A stretch of DNA of 64,000 bases from Candidatus Nanohaloarchaea archaeon (lineage in GTDB: Archaea > Nanohalarchaeota > Nanosalinia > Nanosalinales > Nanosalinaceae): contig CP046106.1 of assembly GCA_013343275.1 (NCBI GenBank), forward strand, positions 416,001 to 480,000, in the 5' to 3' direction. Each line of letters starts with the position of its first letter. Within the stretch, counting starts at the first letter, position 1. The position numbers and the translations under genes were made by a program. Of this stretch, positions 45,345 to 55,719 are shown one piece after another. Below the pieces are notes generated by a model. It saw only the letters and a list, made by a program, of their open reading frames with translations. It had not been told where the DNA came from and ran no database searches.

Positions 45345-47624
45345 CTATCTCCTTCCCTTGAACTTCCTGAAGCCGACCTCGCCAAGGAACACAACCAAGG
45401 CCAGTACCAGCAGGTAAGGCGTCAGAGAAGTCTTCCTGACAACTTTCTCGCTACTGAAACTTCTGAGATCACTCACAATCTTATCCTTCTTCCCTACAGA
45501 ATACACTTCTCCACCAGTCTTCCTGGCGATGCTATCAATCCTGCTATCATAACCTACTTCCTGCAGCTCAGGATTGTAATTATAGCTGTAAGGAACACCA
45601 TGGAAACTATGGAACCCAAGGCCTTCAGGATCAAGCCTGTCAGAGTAAGTACCACCCGCATCACGAGTCAAACCTTCAATACTGTACGAAGCCTCAACCT
45701 CAGGCCTCGACTCGCCTCTACGCGCCGAAGAAACAGAAACCCAGCGGCCTTCACGGCTTACATCGCCGACAGCCCAACTGAAGGTACGGATAACAGCAGA
45801 TGGGTCTTCTCTCATCAGCCCTGCCAGGTTCTTATTATCAGCTGAGAAGGCTGCAACCCTGCCAAGTCCGTAACGCCAGGTTGTCAAAACAGGATCGCCG
45901 TCCTGCGTAGCAAGCAGCAGATTACCGGAGGGCCTTACCTTTACAGAGTCCGTTCCAGTGACTCGGGAATTGGTATTAAGGCCTTCAGTAATGAAGTGCT
46001 GGTTGTTGATGCTCTGGACTGTTCCAACGCCGGAGTTTCCGCCTCCAGCCATTATGCTGAATCTGCCTCCTGATTTCAGGTATTCAAAAGATCTTATGTG
46101 TGTTCTGGAGGTTAGTTCGCTGAGGAAGGAAGTATCTGCCGCATCTCCTATCGTTACGAAGTAGAGAGGATGTTTGCTAGAGTCTAGACTTTCAGCAACT
46201 TCTTTCATCTTTGCTTTATCCTGTTCTGCGGTTATCTTGATGTTACTGTTTGTTGCCTTGGTGATGTCCTCGAACTTGCCGTCTGTTATCATTACGATAG
46301 CGGTTTCCCCTTCCTTTCTCTGAGCAAGTTCTTTGGCTCCCCTCAAACCGTAGGACTGTATGGCTCCTGCAGTACCTTCAAGAGATGCTATACGGGACAT
46401 CAATCTTTGACGGTCATTTTGGTACGTCAGGCCCAGGAAAGCAGGCTGACCAGGGTTACGGACTATCCTTGGATCATAACCTTCATTTCCAAGACCATAA
46501 TTCAGTATTGCAACCTTGGAGCTAGGATTATTTCTGCCAAGTATCTTGACGAAAGAACCAGCTACCGTCTCCGCAGTCTGTTCCCTGTCACTGAAGAGAC
46601 TGTAAGATGTATCTACAGCCAGAATTATTCGAGCACCCTTATTCTCATTGTCAGCTCCCGGAACTTTCCTCACTGGAAGAATGCTGTAAGGCATGTTGTA
46701 TTCTCCCGTGTAGACCAGGCCTTTACCTTTTGTTATGTACGGTATAAGCTCTTTTTCATTAAACTCTTGCTTGGCGAATACGGCATCGTAGCTGGAGAGA
46801 TCTTCTGGTACTTCGCTGACATGCTCTAGCTTGAAGTACTGCTGTAGATCGGATTGGAGGGGCGAGCTCTCTCCTATTACTAGTATCTTCGGTTTCTCAG
46901 TTACTTCTACTGTTTTGTAGTATGCATTGTTGGCGTTTTCCCTGTCGTTAGCCTTCAGCACTGCTTTTATCTTGTGATAGCCTTTTGATTCAAACTGTCT
47001 TGTAAAGCTCCAGTTTCCGCTAATCTCGCCTTCCTTGACTGTCTCCCCATCAACCATAACTTCTACAGAGACCGGGCTTTCTGCCGTGGAGCTGACCTTC
47101 ACAGTAAACCTGTTGTTTGCTCCTGGAACTGTTCTTGATGGGCCTCTTATAGTTACTGCGTGTTCTTCCTGCATTTCTGGTTTGATGAAGCTGACTGTTG
47201 CGTTCTTTTTCTGGGCCTCTTTTACTACCTGTGTGAGGTCTTCGTTGGTCTGGAGGTCGGACATTACGAGGTAGGCCTTGTTGGGCTCCAGGTTCCGGAG
47301 AATGTTGTTTTTGATCTCTGAGCTATTTCCGGATGCTATTATCTCGGTTTCTGTCTGTATATCTGAGAACTGTATGTTTTCCTGTTTCATGAACTGTGTG
47401 GAGCGCGAGTTATCTTTCAGCAGGTTGAGATGAGGGTTCTCCATTCTCTGCTGCGACATCTGTATCTGTGGGCCTGCAACTGCCAGAGCCAGCAAAAGTA
47501 TTACCGCAAAGCGGGTTGCTCCGAGGATCTTTGGATACTTGTCTGAGGCAGTATAGATTGTATAGAGGCCTGTAATGCTCAGCGCCACCAGTACTAGGGC
47601 CAGAGGTTGCTCGAATCCTATCAT
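45345..47624 (-). CDS. Membrane-anchored vWA-domain protein with glutamine-amidotransferase-like domain
   Basis: N-term F..P.AL TM; DNSRS, DTSYS, ITDG; WRYGLGRVAAF; C-term TM plus basic tail. Confidence 0.8.
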   Translation of the reverse strand: MIGFEQPLALVLVALSITGLYTIYTASDKYPKILGATRFAVILLLALAVAGPQIQMSQQRMENPHLNLLKDNSRSTQFMKQENIQFSDIQTETEIIASGNSSEIKNNILRNLEPNKAYLVMSDLQTNEDLTQVVKEAQKKNATVSFIKPEMQEEHAVTIRGPSRTVPGANNRFTVKVSSTAESPVSVEVMVDGETVKEGEISGNWSFTRQFESKGYHKIKAVLKANDRENANNAYYKTVEVTEKPKILVIGESSPLQSDLQQYFKLEHVSEVPEDLSSYDAVFAKQEFNEKELIPYITKGKGLVYTGEYNMPYSILPVRKVPGADNENKGARIILAVDTSYSLFSDREQTAETVAGSFVKILGRNNPSSKVAILNYGLGNEGYDPRIVRNPGQPAFLGLTYQNDRQRLMSRIASLEGTAGAIQSYGLRGAKELAQRKEGETAIVMITDGKFEDITKATNSNIKITAEQDKAKMKEVAESLDSSKHPLYFVTIGDAADTSFLSELTSRTHIRSFEYLKSGGRFSIMAGGGNSGVGTVQSINNQHFITEGLNTNSRVTGTDSVKVRPSGNLLLATQDGDPVLTTWRYGLGRVAAFSADNKNLAGLMREDPSAVIRTFSWAVGDVSREGRWVSVSSARRGESRPEVEASYSIEGLTRDAGGTYSDRLDPEGLGFHSFHGVPYSYNYNPELQEVGYDSRIDSIARKTGGEVYSVGKKDKIVSDLRSFSSEKVVRKTSLTPYLLVLALVVFLGEVGFRKFKGRR

Positions 47625-49315
47625 TCTATATCACCTATGTAGTAGAGGTATCCTGTCTCGATGAGCGCCAGCAGTAAAACTGCGAGGGCTGAAAGGTTCT
47701 GCACGCTTTTAGGCACGGTAGCAGTACCAGAGCTCTCCGAGATCGATTCTTTCTGTTCTGGCGAGGATTCGTCCTCGTTTAACAGGTTGGCTGCATATGT
47801 TTTTCCGTTTCTGTCGTAGAATCCTGTCTGGTTGAACTCTACGAGCTGTCCTGAAACTAGCTCTGTGCTTCCTGTCTGTACGTTCAGGTCTTCCGCAGTC
47901 TTGACTTCTGTGTACTTTTTCACGAGGTCTTTCCAGAATATAGGGTAGAGGAAGTTAGTGCGGAAGTCCTCATCCCGGATATTGTAGAATATGACGTCTC
48001 CCTGCCCATACTTGGTGTGAACGAGAGCCTCCGAAGGATCCGACAGCGAGTTACCGGTTGCTGTTGCATTGTAGACCTGTGTGCTGCCGATATTGATCTT
48101 TCTGGGCTTGTTGAATTCCACATCCATAGATTTCCGCTCCCCGATATCCTTGACAGGTAGAGATTCGAAGTACTGAGGCTGGAGGCCTGGAGAGGCAAAT
48201 ACCACTGCGGTAGCTCCGTCCTGCACATTCTGCTCTATTTTGTTTATACTTGTAGAAAGTGGGTTATCGGAAGTATCCTGATCGAAGCCTCCTATCACAT
48301 AGACATCGGAGTTCGGAACTGTGTCCAGATGAGGCGAGTAATACTCAGGATCTGTCGAGTTAATAATATCCAGAGCTGTAAACAGGTAGTTATTCTTTTC
48401 ATCGGAGATAAGCGCTGTTTGTAAGCTGTAATCTTCAGGCAGATAGATAAAGGCCTTGTTATCTGCCTTCATGCCATCAGTAGGTAGTTTGACAGTATTT
48501 TTACCTTTTTCCAGTTCAAGGTTTACTCTGCGGGCCTCTCCAGACTGTAGCTTCACAGTTTCTGAGGTTTCGTCAAGAGTTACCTGGATCTCCTGTGTTG
48601 TTTCTCTGTAGTTCTTGACTTCTATCCATCCCTTCTTCGGGCTTAGATCGACTATACCCCAGGAGTTAGAGCTGGCAAGATCCATAGCTTCTATATCCCT
48701 GTTTGCCGACATGCTCTGAATCAGCGAGTTAGTTTCTGAAGAGCTGAGTGTGTGGTCGGTATCTGTAGCAAGAACAAGCTGCCCTGTAAAGGTTTGAGCT
48801 GTTCGAAGACCCTGTATCATATCTGTTCCTGTCTGTTCCTGCTCTACACTTTTTATAGCATTTTTAGCAGCACTGGTCGAGCCCTGCTGTAGCAGTACCT
48901 CTACATCGTCGTTGACAAGTATAACAGTATTTTCTTTTCCAAGGTGATCGATAGCAAACTGTTTGGCCTCCTCTAGATTGCCCTGCATGCTTGCCGAGTT
49001 ATCTATAACTATGACAGCGCTGTCTGCAGTGGCCGGTGCGTTGATGAAAGGGTTTGCTGCGGCTGCCGCGATAGCTGCTACGAATAGTATGTGGAATATC
49101 AGCATTAGATTCCTGAGTACTGCGGACAATGCCTGCTGGACCTTGCCGTCTTTCCTGTCCTTCATGAAGAAGCGGATTGACGGCATCATTTTCTCGTCAG
49201 GTTTCGGCCGTACAAGGTAGAAAATTATCAATGGTACAAGCGCTGCAAGAGCCAGAGACCATGTCGGGTCCAGAAAGTAGTTACTGAGTGCCGAGTTACT
49301 TAGGGCGGAAAGCAT
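47621..49315 (-). CDS. BatA N-terminal domain / vWA protein
   Basis: PLIIFYLVRPKP...PSIRF, IDNSASM, C-terminal TM. Confidence 0.85.
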   Translation of the reverse strand: MLSALSNSALSNYFLDPTWSLALAALVPLIIFYLVRPKPDEKMMPSIRFFMKDRKDGKVQQALSAVLRNLMLIFHILFVAAIAAAAANPFINAPATADSAVIVIDNSASMQGNLEEAKQFAIDHLGKENTVILVNDDVEVLLQQGSTSAAKNAIKSVEQEQTGTDMIQGLRTAQTFTGQLVLATDTDHTLSSSETNSLIQSMSANRDIEAMDLASSNSWGIVDLSPKKGWIEVKNYRETTQEIQVTLDETSETVKLQSGEARRVNLELEKGKNTVKLPTDGMKADNKAFIYLPEDYSLQTALISDEKNNYLFTALDIINSTDPEYYSPHLDTVPNSDVYVIGGFDQDTSDNPLSTSINKIEQNVQDGATAVVFASPGLQPQYFESLPVKDIGERKSMDVEFNKPRKINIGSTQVYNATATGNSLSDPSEALVHTKYGQGDVIFYNIRDEDFRTNFLYPIFWKDLVKKYTEVKTAEDLNVQTGSTELVSGQLVEFNQTGFYDRNGKTYAANLLNEDESSPEQKESISESSGTATVPKSVQNLSALAVLLLALIETGYLYYIGDIE

Positions 49316-49350
49316 CTCTGTATTATTCTTCTATCTGAACATTTATACAA

Positions 49351-52038
49351 TCAGTCTTCAATCCTGTCCATCACTTGCTGGTGCATCTGCTGAAGCCTCT
49401 CCTTCCTGTCCTCCATCTTGATAACGTCGGTACTACCCTGCAACAGCAGGTTATGGCTGAAAGGAGAAGGCACGTCAGCCTCACGCAGACCATAAGTTAT
49501 TTCTCCCGAACCAAGGCCTTCAATAACCTCTTTCGCATGCTTGATATCCATTGCATCCTCCATTATCTCTCTATAGGTCTCCTTCACCATCGGGAAGTCC
49601 TCACCATACTCGTTTCGAATAGTTGAGAGCAGGAAATGGCCTTTCATCTGCTGCTGGCCCACAGTCTTCGAGTTGCCGGCGTAGTTCCTGAGAATCATCA
49701 GCGATCTGCCTGCGACGTGTCGGAACCTTCTCTTCATCAGCTCTGTCTTCTTCACGGCCTCCTTCAGTTCCTCCTCAGGATTGCATTCTGCGAGGTCTTC
49801 AAGCAGTTGATCGATATCTACAGGCCTTCTCGGCGTGACAAGTATGAATCCGTTGTCATCGATCACCATGCCGATGTTGGAGCCGAACTTCTTCTGCAGC
49901 ATGTTCGCCAGAATCCTCGCGATCGCATCATGCGCTCTCCGGCCGTAGATAGTCTGGAAGATCAGGTTCTGCCGGTTATCATCGTCAATATATTTCTCAA
50001 CAGTTATCTCTTCGTGGCTTGATACTTCTCCTGTGAACTGGTACTGTTCCTTGATGTAGCCGAAGATTGCGCGTGCCGTGTTCTCATCAAGGTAATAGTT
50101 GTGCATTATCCATTCAACGATATCATCGTCGCCTGCACCCATCTCCAGCTGCTGTGCTACCTGCTGACGGAACTTGCCAATTTTAAGGCCTAGATCATAG
50201 CTTAACGGCAGTCTCTCAGAGTACCAGGAAGGTACCGTCGGCGAACGGTTCGGCTTCGGATCGACGAATACCTTCATTCCCTTGGCATAGCTGAACTGAT
50301 ATGTTTTCCCGCCCAGAGTAAAAATATCGCCTTTCGTCAATCTATCAAGGAACTCCTCATCCAGCGAACCAACAAACTTACCTTCTCCACGAGTCTTTAC
50401 GTCGTACCCCGTCTCATCCGGTATCGTGCCGATGTTTGTCATGTAGATGACGCGTGTCATTTTTCCGGACCGGCCGAACCTGTTCTCCTCTCTGTCAACC
50501 CAGATCTTCCTGTAAACATTCTGATCCTCAAGCTCCTCGTACTCTCCGCCGAGATACTTCATAACAGCCTCAAAGTCCTCCCTGTCGAGGCCCTTGTAGC
50601 AGTAACTTTTTCTTATGACATTATATGCGTGATCGATGTCCCAGCGGTGATTGCAGGCCATTCCTACCATGTGCTGGCTGAGTACATCGAGGGCCTGTGT
50701 CGGTATCTGTATCTTATCGAGTTCGTCTTCCTTTGCGCACTTGGTAAGGACCGAACACTCCATTGCGTCGTCCCTGTCTGTTACTATCATTTTTCCTTTA
50801 GCCTTTTCCCCTATTTTGTGGCCTGATCGGCCTATTCTCTGGATACCTCGTGCTACTCCTTTCGGTGATCCAAGCTGGAGTACGAGATCGACTGTTCCGA
50901 TATCGACACCGAGTTCGAGACTGGTCGAGGTTACTGCGACCTTCATCTCCCCTTTCTTCAACTTCTCCTCTACATCCAGACGTACTTCTCGGGACATACT
51001 GGAGTGGTGGGCTCCGATGTTCTCGTCGTAGTGATCTTCAAACCGGCCTTTGAGCCCGTTGACTATGCGTTCCGTTGCGGATCGAGTATTGGTGAATATT
51101 ATAGTTGTTTCGTGGTCCTGGATCAGGTTATGGAGTTTATCGTACAGCGCTTCCTGTATCTCGTCCGGCGGTGTATGGATAAGGTCCTCTACTGGGGAGA
51201 CTGTTTCCAGATCGATCTCCTTGGAGGCCGCTACATCCACAATCGTACATCCTCTCGACTCGTACTCCTCATCCGAGACCGCTTCAGCAGTCTCGATGTC
51301 TTCGTACTCGGTCTCCTCTACTTCGATATCTTCCTCGGCCTCGTATCCTACAAGGAACTTCGCGATCTCATCAATAGGGGCCTGTGTCGCTGAAAGGCCT
51401 ATCCTAGTCGGAGAAGTGTTCGCCATGTCTTCCAGTCTCTCCATCGACATAGATAGGTGTACTCCTCGCTTGTTCTCGCTCAGAGAGTGGATTTCATCAG
51501 TAATCATGTACTCTACATCGCGCAGGTGCTCCTTGAACTTCGGAGAGTTAATCAGTATACCCAGGCTTTCCGGAGTAGTAATCAGGATATGTGGCGGAGT
51601 ATCCAGCATCTTGGATTTCTCTGCATCAGTTGTATCGCCAGTCCTTACCGCGGATCGTACCTCCGGAACTTCACGGCCATTTTCCTCCGCTGTCTTCTTG
51701 ATCTCAGCCAGCGGATCCTGAAGATTCCTCTGTATATCATTGTTCAGGGCCTTCAACGGAGAGACATAGATCGCATAGACCTTGTCCTCCAGTTCTCCTT
51801 CATCCCCTTTCCTGTACAGATCGTTAAGTATAGATAGAAAAGCGGAGAGAGTCTTTCCTGATCCCGTTGGCGCACAGATCAGAGAGTTCTCATGGCTATT
51901 GATCAGGTCGAAAGAATAGCGCTGCGGTGCTGAGAGACCTGGAAACTTGTCGTTGAACCATTCCTTGACGTACGGCTCGAAGTCATCAGGGAGTGTTTCC
52001 GAGGCCTGTTCTTCATCTGCGAATTTTATCTTGCTCAT
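49351..52038 (-). CDS. lhr: ATP-dependent Lhr-core helicase
   Basis: APTGSGKT, SPLKALNND, TTPESL, DEIH, SAT, LELGVDIG, QRIGRSGH. Confidence 0.95.
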   Translation of the reverse strand: MSKIKFADEEQASETLPDDFEPYVKEWFNDKFPGLSAPQRYSFDLINSHENSLICAPTGSGKTLSAFLSILNDLYRKGDEGELEDKVYAIYVSPLKALNNDIQRNLQDPLAEIKKTAEENGREVPEVRSAVRTGDTTDAEKSKMLDTPPHILITTPESLGILINSPKFKEHLRDVEYMITDEIHSLSENKRGVHLSMSMERLEDMANTSPTRIGLSATQAPIDEIAKFLVGYEAEEDIEVEETEYEDIETAEAVSDEEYESRGCTIVDVAASKEIDLETVSPVEDLIHTPPDEIQEALYDKLHNLIQDHETTIIFTNTRSATERIVNGLKGRFEDHYDENIGAHHSSMSREVRLDVEEKLKKGEMKVAVTSTSLELGVDIGTVDLVLQLGSPKGVARGIQRIGRSGHKIGEKAKGKMIVTDRDDAMECSVLTKCAKEDELDKIQIPTQALDVLSQHMVGMACNHRWDIDHAYNVIRKSYCYKGLDREDFEAVMKYLGGEYEELEDQNVYRKIWVDREENRFGRSGKMTRVIYMTNIGTIPDETGYDVKTRGEGKFVGSLDEEFLDRLTKGDIFTLGGKTYQFSYAKGMKVFVDPKPNRSPTVPSWYSERLPLSYDLGLKIGKFRQQVAQQLEMGAGDDDIVEWIMHNYYLDENTARAIFGYIKEQYQFTGEVSSHEEITVEKYIDDDNRQNLIFQTIYGRRAHDAIARILANMLQKKFGSNIGMVIDDNGFILVTPRRPVDIDQLLEDLAECNPEEELKEAVKKTELMKRRFRHVAGRSLMILRNYAGNSKTVGQQQMKGHFLLSTIRNEYGEDFPMVKETYREIMEDAMDIKHAKEVIEGLGSGEITYGLREADVPSPFSHNLLLQGSTDVIKMEDRKERLQQMHQQVMDRIED

Positions 52039-52061
52039 GGCCCTGAAGTAAAGTGCAAGAT

Positions 52062-52913
52062 TTAAGAGGATGAAATTGAGAAGTTCTCCTCGGCGTAATC
52101 AAAGCCTTTGGCAAATATAGCTGTTGCAAGGCCTACCAGAGGCTGAAGAGCTATCATCAAGGAGACCAGGACAGGAATAAATATTGCAAAATGCTTGCCC
52201 TGCAGTTGAGCTCTCACCGCATCACTTATCCTGGCCGAGATATCTATCTGACTTCCTCCAGCAGATATCTGACTTGTTAGTTGCTGTGGAACTTCCGAGC
52301 GGGCCTCTATAAATGCAGAGTTGAGTGTCTGGAGCTCCTGCCTGCTGAAATCGTCTTTTGTCTCATTTATTACAAAGCTGCTGGTGTAGAGGATGGTTGC
52401 GTTGGCTGTCTGCCTTACAGTCGCCATCTGTTTGTTTTTCTGTGATGAGACCAGGTTGCTCTGGTTAACTATTCTCTCTCCTGACTGGCCCAGAAACTCT
52501 GCTGTCTGGTTCTGAAGCTGATTCTCGATCTGTGGATTGCTCATGGCGACATAGATCATTGATGCTCCGAGTATAAGGCCGAGGAAGAGAAGAGGCAGGT
52601 GTGTTGAGCCGTAGTACTCTCTAAACCTGTCTCCACCGGCAAACACCGATACGAGAACTGTTCCTATGGCTGCTATAACCGAGCCTACAGCCACAGGGCC
52701 TCCCATAAACACAAATCCTAGTACTGGTAGCGCGGCTAGAGAGGCCTTGTTGAATCCTTCTTTGGATATGTAGGCTGTGAAGCCGAATACCAGTGTAATC
52801 GGGAGCAGAGCTACAAGAGTTACCGGCCTAGAAATATCGATGAAATACGTCATTGAAGCTGCAAGGGCCGATAATGCGAAAACCGTCGCGGCCTCAAGGT
52901 AGGCTCTGTCCAT
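52062..52913 (-). CDS. Hypothetical membrane protein
   Basis: About 5 N-terminal TM segments, helical extracytoplasmic region, C-terminal TM. Confidence 0.7.
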   Translation of the reverse strand: MDRAYLEAATVFALSALAASMTYFIDISRPVTLVALLPITLVFGFTAYISKEGFNKASLAALPVLGFVFMGGPVAVGSVIAAIGTVLVSVFAGGDRFREYYGSTHLPLLFLGLILGASMIYVAMSNPQIENQLQNQTAEFLGQSGERIVNQSNLVSSQKNKQMATVRQTANATILYTSSFVINETKDDFSRQELQTLNSAFIEARSEVPQQLTSQISAGGSQIDISARISDAVRAQLQGKHFAIFIPVLVSLMIALQPLVGLATAIFAKGFDYAEENFSISSS

Positions 52914-52942
52914 GAACAGTAGAAAATTCTACAGGACGATTT

Positions 52943-53881
52943 TTATAGCCCCAGTATTTCCGATACCAGGGCCTCAGCATGGCCTCTGTCGCGGGCGTTC
53001 AGTATAACTCTTCCATCTTCGAAGACCGTTACTTCTCTTCCATCGATTTCGGCCCGTGTCAAGTATTCATTGTCGGCGATTATATCGCCGAGCTTCTCCA
53101 GTTTTCCTGCATCTGTTTCTGAATCTAAATGTACCTGGTACTTGTTTTCTCCACATACAGCTGTGGTTTTACTCTGGCCGTTGAGTCGTGGAAGACTTTC
53201 CTGGTGGCATACCTTGCATCCATCGCTTTCCACATCCAGACTTTCTCCCTTATGGACAACATCCAGTTTCTCTTCTGTTTCCATGCCTGCAAGGAGTTTG
53301 ACAGCTTTTTCAGCAGATTTAAGACCGGTCTGGCCCGATATCTCTCTCAATACACCGGCTGTTTCACACGTCTCCAGTTTACCCGGGCTTACCTTCTCAA
53401 ATATACAGTTAAAGCATTTTTTGTCGAAGAGCATGGAGTATCCCTGTTCTGCTATTGCTGCAGTGTAGATCCACGGCAAGCCTTCTTTTTGAGAGAACTC
53501 GGAGATCAGCAGTCGTGTCTCCAGGTTGTCGGTTCCGTCAACAATCAGATCGACGTCCTGCAGGATACCTTCTATATTATCTGGTGACAGGCTCTCGACC
53601 CTGGTCTCTACATCTGTAAACCTGGAAAGGTATTCCCGGGCAGCTTCAGCCTTGGGAAGACTCTCCTCACACTGTTCCGGAGTATAGATATTGGAGGAGT
53701 ATACATCATTTGATTCCAGGTAGTCTCTATCAATTATCTTCAGATCTACGCCATGGCGGGCTAGATTCTCTGCTATTACAGATCCTGTTGCTCCTAGACC
53801 TATCACAGCGACAGTAGATTGCTGGAGTACCTTCTTCTCTTCTTCTCCGTAGTTTTGAAGTGCTTCAAATCTTGAGTACAC
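52943..53881 (-). CDS. ThiF/MoeB E1-like adenylyltransferase
   Basis: GLGATG, DRD, DGTDN, CFNC, TCETAG, CKVC. Confidence 0.9.
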   Translation of the reverse strand: MYSRFEALQNYGEEEKKVLQQSTVAVIGLGATGSVIAENLARHGVDLKIIDRDYLESNDVYSSNIYTPEQCEESLPKAEAAREYLSRFTDVETRVESLSPDNIEGILQDVDLIVDGTDNLETRLLISEFSQKEGLPWIYTAAIAEQGYSMLFDKKCFNCIFEKVSPGKLETCETAGVLREISGQTGLKSAEKAVKLLAGMETEEKLDVVHKGESLDVESDGCKVCHQESLPRLNGQSKTTAVCGENKYQVHLDSETDAGKLEKLGDIIADNEYLTRAEIDGREVTVFEDGRVILNARDRGHAEALVSEILGL

Positions 53882-53932
53882 AGTTCTAGAGTTGCAAAAG
53901 AATTTTTATTAATTCCAGATGCATACCTGAAT

Positions 53933-54763
53933 ATGATTAATACTGGAACTTTAACGCCAAGTCTTTCGGATCTGGGCCTGCCTGCTGTAAGTGTAGGGCC
54001 AGAAGTTGTGATCGCGGCCGCTGCAGTCGTAGTAGCTGGCTGGGCAGTCAACAAGTTTTCCGACTACCTTATCGCAAAGTCTATCAAACGCAGACACGGG
54101 GATAAACATGTTATCAAGACATCTCAGAGGATATCTGCATACGCAATCTACTCGCTGACAGCAGTAGCTCTGCTGGGAGTTTTCGGCGTACCACTAGCCG
54201 CTCTCGGCACAATGGTTGGACTGATTGGTCTTGGACTATCCTTCGCTTTGAAGGACATGATCGCGAACTTTATCTCAGGCCTTCTGATCATGATTAACAG
54301 GCCTTTCAAGATTGGAGATCAGATCGAAGTATCCGGCGAATCCGGCACTGTTAGAGATATCAAGATCCGGGCCTCTGAGATCAAGACATACGACGGCAGG
54401 AAAGTTATCGTACCTAACTCTGTGCTGTACAGCAACACAGTTATCAACAATACGGCCTATGATGAACGCCGTTTCGAAGTTGTTGTAGGTGTAGGTTACG
54501 ACGACGATGTAGAAAGCGCCAAGGAACTCGCAATGGGGACACTGGAAGAAGCCGAAATGACCGAGGACAATCCTGAACCAGAAGTCCTTGTCGATGAGCT
54601 TGGAGGTTCCTCTGTAAACCTCAAGCTTCGTGGCTGGACCAAGCCTTCAAAGGCGAACATGGTGAAGGCCTCTTCAGAGGTTACCCAGCTTGTCAAGGAC
54701 AAGTACGACGATGCAGGAATTGATATCCCTTACCCGATCAGAACTATTTACATGGAGGAATAA
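53933..54763 (+). CDS. mscS: Small-conductance mechanosensitive channel
   Basis: GLSFALKD..ANFISG, RPFKIGD, VPNS, GIDIPYP. Confidence 0.93.
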   Translation: MINTGTLTPSLSDLGLPAVSVGPEVVIAAAAVVVAGWAVNKFSDYLIAKSIKRRHGDKHVIKTSQRISAYAIYSLTAVALLGVFGVPLAALGTMVGLIGLGLSFALKDMIANFISGLLIMINRPFKIGDQIEVSGESGTVRDIKIRASEIKTYDGRKVIVPNSVLYSNTVINNTAYDERRFEVVVGVGYDDDVESAKELAMGTLEEAEMTEDNPEPEVLVDELGGSSVNLKLRGWTKPSKANMVKASSEVTQLVKDKYDDAGIDIPYPIRTIYMEE

Positions 54764-54843
54764 GGGCCTCCCTTTTTCCCTTTCCTTTTCTCGCTTTTTT
54801 CTTCACCGTTTTCTTCTTAAGAATGGAACTCGCTGTTTGTGGT

Positions 54844-55155
54844 ATGCCAACAGATATCGACCCTGAAAAGATGGAAGATATTAAAAACAGCGAAGAGACC
54901 TGGATAATCGACTTCTGGGCCGACTGGTGCCAGCCGTGCAAAATGCTAGCTCCTCACTTTGAAGAGGCCTCTGAAGAACTTGACGATGTTAAATTCGGGA
55001 AAGTTGACATGGAAGAGCATCAGGATATTGGTACCGAGATGGGTGTCCGGGCCCTGCCTACACTGATCATCATGAAAGACGACGAGGAGATCGCAAGAAA
55101 GTCCGGTGCAATGAACAAGGCCGACCTGATGGACTGGATCAACTCGAACCTATAA
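54844..55155 (+). CDS. trxA: Thioredoxin
   Basis: DFWADWCQPCK, VRALPT. Confidence 0.95.
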   Translation: MPTDIDPEKMEDIKNSEETWIIDFWADWCQPCKMLAPHFEEASEELDDVKFGKVDMEEHQDIGTEMGVRALPTLIIMKDDEEIARKSGAMNKADLMDWINSNL

Positions 55156-55650
55156 CCAGCTGCTCCAGTCAACCTGGCCGTACTCACTTTCCAGTTCAGG
55201 CCATTCATCAATTTTCTCTTCTATTTCATCTACCACTTCCTCCACCGAAAGATCTGTTGTATCTATTTCCACAACTATATCCTGATTTTCTACGGCCTGC
55301 GACAGTACTATATCTAGGGCCTCGGATTCAAGGTTCTCCCTGACTTTTGTCTCAGAGTACTCTCTTTCCTCGAGTCTCTCGTCAAGGACCTCCGGGTCAC
55401 AGCGCAGTACGAAACAGATGTCTGCCGGATAGTAGTGTGAGAGATGGCCCTCAATCACGACTTCGTCGTATTTCTCTACTTCTTCCTCCAAGGCCTGTAT
55501 CATTGCATCTATATCTACCTCGAACTCTTCTTTCTGCTCGCCGAGGCCTCTTTCTTTGACGAATTCTGTCAGATGTATTACCGGGAGATCCAGGGCCTCT
55601 GAAATGGTTGTTTTGCCTGTTCCAGGGGTTCCTGTAACTGTTATTATCAC
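55150..55650 (-). CDS. Adenylate kinase, AK6/Fap7 type
   Basis: TGTPGTGKTT, EGHLSH, LRC.P..L..RL..R.Y...KV.EN. Confidence 0.9.
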   Translation of the reverse strand: MIITVTGTPGTGKTTISEALDLPVIHLTEFVKERGLGEQKEEFEVDIDAMIQALEEEVEKYDEVVIEGHLSHYYPADICFVLRCDPEVLDERLEEREYSETKVRENLESEALDIVLSQAVENQDIVVEIDTTDLSVEEVVDEIEEKIDEWPELESEYGQVDWSSWL

Positions 55651-55719
55651 ATCGAATTCTTTCTCGGCGTAGACATAAAAGTTTGAATTACTCCTGTGTA
55701 CTCAAGGAGGAGTTTATTT

